In this document: piece after piece, positions 24,825 to 26,367 of the stretch
Numbering within the stretch: position 1 is the stretch's first letter
Layout: every line of letters begins with the position of its first letter
Origin: Gemmatimonadota bacterium
GTDB lineage: Bacteria; Gemmatimonadota; Gemmatimonadetes; Longimicrobiales; RSA9
Direction: 5' to 3'
NCBI GenBank assembly: GCA_040905425.1
Contig: JBBDRO010000046.1
Span: 4,836-31,202 of the forward strand
Length of the DNA: 26,367 bases
Position numbers and translations under genes: made by a program
The notes under the pieces: model-generated
What the model saw: only the letters and a program-made list of their open reading frames with translations
Told to the model about the DNA's origin: nothing
The model's database searches: none

Positions 24825-25886
24825 ATGCCCGGTGTCATAAAGTCGGACCCTGCGCCATCAGCGCAGCGAGGCGGTTCTCCCGACGGAGTAACGAACGGCC
24901 GTGGGGCCGCCGGGCGGCTGTGGCTCGCGGCGCAGGCGGTGTCGGTCCTCGCGGCCGTGGTGGTGGTGGTGCTGCTCGTGCTGCGCCCCGGGGCAGCGCT
25001 CTGGCTGACCTGGGACGTATTGATTCCGGCCGTGCCGCTCCTGCTCCTAGTGGCGCCGGGCGTGTGGCGGAATCTCTGCCCCATCTCGGTCGTACATCAG
25101 CTTCCCGCCACGCTCGGCGCGCGACCGGCGCGTCGGCTTGCGCGGCCGGCGCAGGCGTGGGCCCCGGCCGTGGCGGCGGCGCTGCTGTTCCTGATCGTGC
25201 CGCTCCGGCTGGTCCTGTTCAACGACAGCGGCCCGGCGCTGGCGCTCTTCGTGGTGAGTGTGCTGGTGGTTGCGCTCGTGGGGGGCCTGCTCTATGCCGG
25301 CAAGGCCGGCTGGTGCGCCACCTTCTGTCCCGTGCTACCCGTGGAGCGCCTCTACGGGCAGGCGCCGCCCGTGCAGGCGGATCACGCCCATTGCGCTACG
25401 TGCACGGGCTGCATCGCGGGTTGCTACGACCTGGGCGCCGGCCGATCCATGGCGCACGCGGTGGGTAACCGGCGCGGCGAGCCGCTATATCGCAGCCCGA
25501 TGGGCATCTTCGCGGCGGCGTTCCCCGGCTTCGTGCTGGGCTACTTCACGGCGCCCGAAGCACCGACCGTACTCCAGGCATACGGCTGGATCCTGTCCGT
25601 CGCGGCCGGCGGTGCGGTACTCCTGATGGCGTTCCAGGCGCTGGTCAGGATCGGTACGCTGAGCATGACACGCATCGCGGCCGCGCTGGCGATCGGCCTC
25701 TACTACTGGTTCACGGTGCCCGCGGTGGCCGCCGCCGCCCATGAGATGCTGGCCATCCCCGCGGCGCCGGCGGCGGGCATCATAGCGGCACGCACGTTCT
25801 TCGTGCTGGTGGCCGCCGGATGGCTCGCGTGGACGCTGGGGCCCGGCCGTCGTGGACCCCTACCACGCTCCGCACCGACGCGATAG
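24825..25886 (+). CDS. Polytopic membrane protein with Fe-S-binding motifs (NapH/RdxA/NosR-like CxxxCP family)
   Basis: ATG 24825 with AGGAGG RBS; many TM segments; WRNLCP, WCATFCP and HCATCTGCIAGC motifs. Confidence 0.72.
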   Translation: MPGVIKSDPAPSAQRGGSPDGVTNGRGAAGRLWLAAQAVSVLAAVVVVVLLVLRPGAALWLTWDVLIPAVPLLLLVAPGVWRNLCPISVVHQLPATLGARPARRLARPAQAWAPAVAAALLFLIVPLRLVLFNDSGPALALFVVSVLVVALVGGLLYAGKAGWCATFCPVLPVERLYGQAPPVQADHAHCATCTGCIAGCYDLGAGRSMAHAVGNRRGEPLYRSPMGIFAAAFPGFVLGYFTAPEAPTVLQAYGWILSVAAGGAVLLMAFQALVRIGTLSMTRIAAALAIGLYYWFTVPAVAAAAHEMLAIPAAPAAGIIAARTFFVLVAAGWLAWTLGPGRRGPLPRSAPTR

Positions 25887-26043
25887 CGGCGGGGGTCTTT
25901 CGTCCGCATCCTGCCGTCCGCTGCGGCAACACGGGCGCGGCACACAAAAGGGTTGCGGCGCGGCGGGCCACCGCCAACCTTCGAAGTTCGTCCGATCCCC
26001 GCCTGAAGCTCTGGCATGTGACTCCCTAGCCCGGAGGGCTGCC

Positions 26044-26367
26044 GTGAAGCGTCGCACCTTCGTCCGTTCGACCCTGGCCGCCGGATTTGCCTCGACGCTG
26101 CCGGCTCCCGTGCTGTCCCTGGCTACGGTGCCCTTTCACCGGCCGCGGCAGGACCAGGACATTGCCGCCGTCACCGGTGATGGCCGCGAGATCGTGCTCC
26201 CCGGCAGCGCCATCAGCGAGCTGGATGCGCGGCTGCTGGGCCGTGTGTTGATCGCCAACCGGGACGGGTACGACGATGCCCGCCGCGTCCTGAATCCCTC
26301 GTTCGACAAGTACCCCGCGCTGATCGCCCAGGTGACGGGCGTGGCCGACGTCCGGTTGGCGGTGGAC
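26044..26367 (+). CDS. Tat-exported FAD-binding oxidoreductase (berberine-bridge/VAO-type), 3' end runs off the window
   Basis: Not in the ORF track; GTG 26044 with GGAGG RBS gives MKRRTFVRSTLAAG... (twin-arginine signal) and GYDDARRVLNPSFDKYPALIAQVTGVADVRLAV, typical of the FAD_binding_4 N-terminus. Confidence 0.8.
   Translation, partial: MKRRTFVRSTLAAGFASTLPAPVLSLATVPFHRPRQDQDIAAVTGDGREIVLPGSAISELDARLLGRVLIANRDGYDDARRVLNPSFDKYPALIAQVTGVADVRLAVD

Noticed and set aside
1..26367. CRISPR arrays, tRNA/rRNA genes, transposases, integrases, prophage or defence genes
   Set aside because: None seen; intergenic gaps are short and all major ORFs are accounted for by metabolic, transport or regulatory functions.

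Overview
High-GC bacterial genomic window from a diderm (TolC-family and Tat-exported proteins present), almost fully coding, with four blocks. (1) 2-7392, minus strand: TetR regulator, TolC-family outer-membrane protein, HlyD-type adaptor, two ABC ATPases, two ABC-2 permeases (YbhG/YbhFSR-like efflux system), then a creatininase-family gene cut by the window edge. (2) 7583-11600, plus strand: an indolepyruvate:ferredoxin oxidoreductase alpha subunit fused to a GltD-like FAD/NAD(P)H module, iorB, and a NifB/NifX-family protein. (3) 11619-24679, minus strand, about 13 kb and apparently one operon: TetR, had, oah, SDR, dch and a class I (ATP-dependent) benzoyl-CoA reductase (C-B-A-D order, two short activators), i.e. 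the anaerobic benzoyl-CoA central pathway. It continues with an unusual tail: a small CxxC protein, a zinc-ribbon/TPR protein, a LeuA-like synthase, ptb and buk. No aryl-CoA ligase and no free ferredoxin gene is in the window. (4) 24825-end, plus strand: a membrane Fe-S protein and a truncated Tat-exported FAD oxidoreductase. The most promising candidate new system is this aromatic dearomatisation locus, in which an IOR-GltD fusion and a Ptb/Buk pair may replace the usual CoA ligase and ferredoxin-recycling modules. All calls rest on motif recognition; no database search was run.
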